A stretch of 64,000 nucleotides of DNA. Source: Bacteroidota bacterium. GTDB taxonomy: Bacteria; Bacteroidota; Rhodothermia; Rhodothermales; Bin80. The stretch lies in NCBI GenBank assembly GCA_028875125.1, contig JAPPGC010000016.1:70167-134166 (forward strand), written 5' to 3'. Under the pieces are notes generated by a model. It ran no database searches, was not told the DNA's origin, and saw nothing but the letters and a program-made list of their open reading frames with translations. Within the stretch, counting starts at the first letter, position 1. Every line of letters starts with the position of its first letter. The position numbers and the translations under genes were made by a program. Positions 61,372-64,000 of this stretch are shown here, piece by piece.

Positions 61372-62376
61372 TCAAGCGTGAGATGGCGCATCGCCAAAAT
61401 TCGCTGAGATTCGGGAAGCAAGGCGCGATTTTAGTTCCTCAGGTGTGTTCCAGAAGATACATGGATACTGTTGGATGTCAAAATGCATCTTTCCCGGTGA
61501 ATTCTTACTGCAAGTAAAAATAACTGGTATGTCGAGCCCATGAGCAAAGCCAGCTTCATAGTAAACGCTTCCACGCGTGTCACCCGTTATCGTACCATCC
61601 TCTGCTCTGCCGACCTCTCCTTCGGTTAAGTCCACAACCACGAATTTCGATCTCCGAATTTCGGCGATGATCTGGTCGTCAATTTTGTTCAAACGTTCTG
61701 ACTGTTTAATACGCTTTGCAGAATAACCACATTTCTCTATTCCAGGCTTAATCCCCTGATAGAATGCATCATCAAGCGATGGATCAAACCACATCGCTAC
61801 GAATGCTTGCATTGAATCTACGATTCGGTTTCCCGATTTAGCAAGGTGAACATGTCCGTTTGCTGTCAGAATGCAGCGCTCGGTTACAGACATCACTTTT
61901 GGTGGAGAAGTGATCAGATTCTGATCTTCCAGAAACCTGAGTAGATATTCCACGTCGTTGACTTTAGTCGAACCCGACCAAGCAAGTATTTTTGCATAGT
62001 GTACCCACTTTGGATCATTTTCTTCGAGGTTTTGCGGTTTATAAGGGATCCTGAAGACATCGCCAATGCTGGAAAGCTGTGAGCTGATATACTTAAAGAG
62101 ATTTTCAGCTCGCTGGAAAACAGACGGATGACGAATGGAGTTAATCTCCATAGAATCCGAAATCGTCGGCTGAGCATCTCCCATTGAACGCTGGTTAACG
62201 AGCCAAGAAGTGACTAACATTCTTTGCTCTTCGCTCCAATCTCCTGCCATCGCAGCCCGCGTCTCAGTGATAGTGTATCTCCCGCCTGTGCGAGGAGACT
62301 TAACTCTGAGTGAACCGTTTTGAAGCTTTGTAACTTTGGCGGGGGTTCCCCAAATTGGGCATGTATTCTCCTCCAT
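61372..62376 (-). CDS. Protein with winged-helix-like middle region and C-terminal nucleoside 2-deoxyribosyltransferase/TIR-like domain
   Basis: AFVAMWFD, KIDDQIIAEIRRS.FVVVD.T, RGSVYYEAGFAHGL..PVI and HFDIQQY motifs. Confidence 0.75.
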   Translation of the reverse strand: MEENTCPIWGTPAKVTKLQNGSLRVKSPRTGGRYTITETRAAMAGDWSEEQRMLVTSWLVNQRSMGDAQPTISDSMEINSIRHPSVFQRAENLFKYISSQLSSIGDVFRIPYKPQNLEENDPKWVHYAKILAWSGSTKVNDVEYLLRFLEDQNLITSPPKVMSVTERCILTANGHVHLAKSGNRIVDSMQAFVAMWFDPSLDDAFYQGIKPGIEKCGYSAKRIKQSERLNKIDDQIIAEIRRSKFVVVDLTEGEVGRAEDGTITGDTRGSVYYEAGFAHGLDIPVIFTCSKNSPGKMHFDIQQYPCIFWNTPEELKSRLASRISANFGDAPSHA

Positions 62377-62465
62377 GTGTTATAAACAAGTAAGTTGAAG
62401 TTGACACAAATGGCAATCTTGCTGCCTGTAAAACCTGACAGGCCAGTTGAAAGATCGGGCTTATA

Positions 62466-62499
62466 AAGAGTTCCAATAAATATCATTATAGGAACTCTT
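62466..62499. other. Candidate lox/FRT/dif-type recombination site (13-8-13)
   Basis: AAGAGTTCCAATA-AATATCAT-TATAGGAACTCTT; arms match 12/13 as inverted repeats; 25 bp upstream of the recombinase ATG. Confidence 0.7.
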
Positions 62500-62524
62500 T
62501 TTGTCTTGAATTGTCACACTGAAA

Positions 62525-63496
62525 ATGGACAACACATTAACTCCCGATTCTCTCCGCAGCCGTGGTCTGGGGTCTGTTTCCTCCTCTGCCCAGCGACTCA
62601 TCCAGGCAAGCGTCAGCGAGAACACCAAGGTCACTTATGACCACGTCCTCTCCAAGTTGGAGGAATGGCTGGGAGGGCGGGCACTTGCGGACGCCCTCTT
62701 GTCCGAGTATCTCACGTCTTGCCACGATCAGGGCATGGCTCCCGCGAGCATCGCGCTGATTCCGGCAGCTGTCCGTTTCGCGGCGCGGCTTGTCGGTGAC
62801 AATGCGCCAATCGGTCCTCTCTCGGAGCGAACCCTGGCAGGCATTCGTCGGGAAGGACGACAGCGCGGACGCGGGCAGGCCACGGGTATTACCTTTACCG
62901 AGACTAAATTCCTTGTGGGGCAGATCGCAAAACATGGTGTCCGGGGCATCCGGGATGCTGCGCTGTTCTCACTAATGAGCGACTGTATGCTGCGCATCAG
63001 CGAATTGGTCGCTGTCAGACCCGCCGACATTGAGGCTGTTCCAGATGAGTCTGGCCGCCTCTACATCGCCCAAAGCAAGACGGATCAGGAAGGCTCGGGG
63101 GCAACACTCTATATCGGTCCGCCCACCATGGAGCGAATCCATGAATGGACCCACTTAATTATAGAACAACTTGGGGACGTTGAGAGCGATAAGCCACTTT
63201 TTAGATCTGTGTGGAGGGGCGGCCACATTCAAACGAAAGGCATAAGTGGACGCGGGGTCCGTAAAAACCTGAAAGCCTATGTGGATGAGGCCGGGCTGCG
63301 AGGACAATACAGGGGACATTCATTCCGTGTTGGAACTGCGCAGAGTCTCGCCCAAAGGGGGGCAACCCTCACGCAGATGCAAACTGTCGGGCGCTGGCAG
63401 ACGGCCCGGATGCCGGCCGCATACTGTCGGAATGAGCTTGCGGGGAGGAATGCCGTCGCAACGTTGCTGTATAAGAATGAGATGGAGCCCAATTAG
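62525..63496 (+). CDS. Cre-like tyrosine recombinase
   Basis: N-terminal SAM-like binding domain; catalytic R (LRISE), K (SKTDQ), HxxR (GHSFRVG), W (GRW) and Y (AAY). Confidence 0.93.
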   Translation: MDNTLTPDSLRSRGLGSVSSSAQRLIQASVSENTKVTYDHVLSKLEEWLGGRALADALLSEYLTSCHDQGMAPASIALIPAAVRFAARLVGDNAPIGPLSERTLAGIRREGRQRGRGQATGITFTETKFLVGQIAKHGVRGIRDAALFSLMSDCMLRISELVAVRPADIEAVPDESGRLYIAQSKTDQEGSGATLYIGPPTMERIHEWTHLIIEQLGDVESDKPLFRSVWRGGHIQTKGISGRGVRKNLKAYVDEAGLRGQYRGHSFRVGTAQSLAQRGATLTQMQTVGRWQTARMPAAYCRNELAGRNAVATLLYKNEMEPN

Positions 63497-64000
63497 GACT
63501 GGAATGATGCCCCATTACTTTGACCCGCCTGTCCCTCTCAATCGCTGAGCGGAGCTCGGTAGTGCACTGAACGCACAAGAGCACTAGGTTTAGTCCCGCG
63601 CCCCCGCCATAGTCTCCATGCGATGTGATTGGACGGACACCTTTGTGTCATCAAGAGGCGGAAATCAAGGGGAACGGCTCCAACCAGTCCTTCTGATTCT
63701 TTCCAAATCACAGTTGATCGTGCTTAGACCCGATCTTTCGAAAATTAGAAGGGGCCTAAAGCCGGAATTGCGGCGGTAGGGGCCTGACTGAGCCGGCCCA
63801 ATCCCATTTTATCAGCGTGAATTCTTCAACCGTTACAATCGCCCGCTGTACACCTGATCTGCTCTCGAAAGGGGAAGCTCGTGTCGCATTTTTCCGTGGT
63901 TGTTCAGATGTTCCATCGGGTATCAGATATGCGAGGTGTGCTGGCATGGCGCGTCAACACTCTAACTGTTGACATAATTTTGGCCAGTGTTATTGTTCGA

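Noticed and set aside
62466-62499. FRT site / cloning-vector contamination
   Set aside because: Only TATAGGAACT is shared with FRT. Spacing and spacer differ, there are no marker or vector genes, and the site is next to a native recombinase.
1-64000. CRISPR array, rRNA, IS transposase, reverse transcriptase/retron
   Set aside because: No regularly spaced direct repeats, rRNA-like sequence, DDE transposase or YxDD RT motifs were recognised by eye.

Overview
Chromosomal window of a Rhodothermota (Rhodothermaceae-like) bacterium. The taxonomic call rests on the tmRNA tag peptide ANDYSYAMAA, T9SS-type C-terminal domains and a bS22-type ribosomal peptide. Protein family calls come from motif recognition in the translations, not from database searches. 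Left to right the window holds: (i) the clpC 5' end, an Fe-S carrier and an M20 amidohydrolase; (ii) a beta-1,3-glucan module (GH149-like phosphorylase, GH158-like lipoprotein, MFS sugar porter) split by a hipBA pair; (iii) a TonB-dependent receptor, ssrA and housekeeping genes (bS22, yaaA, TSUP, ABC ATPase, GTDC1/QTMAN-like GT, GWxTD protein, asnS with a large insertion, iodotyrosine-deiodinase-like enzyme, GSIII, pabBAC); (iv) two paralogous lipoproteins and a secreted GH16 laminarinase; (v) a roughly 20 kb LacI-associated cluster with a SusD-less operon (secreted CBM-like protein, TBDR, 1126-aa CTD protein, PorV-like barrel, PPIase) flanked by two CRTAC1/ASPIC-UnbV + TPR pairs; (vi) an accessory/defence block (amber-interrupted ORF, NotI-like REase, Dam-family MTase, NDT/TIR-like protein) next to a Cre-like tyrosine recombinase that has a 13-8-13 lox-type inverted repeat 25 bp upstream of its start. 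The best candidates for undescribed systems are the recombinase/lox-like pair and the SusD-independent TBDR-PorV-like uptake operon.
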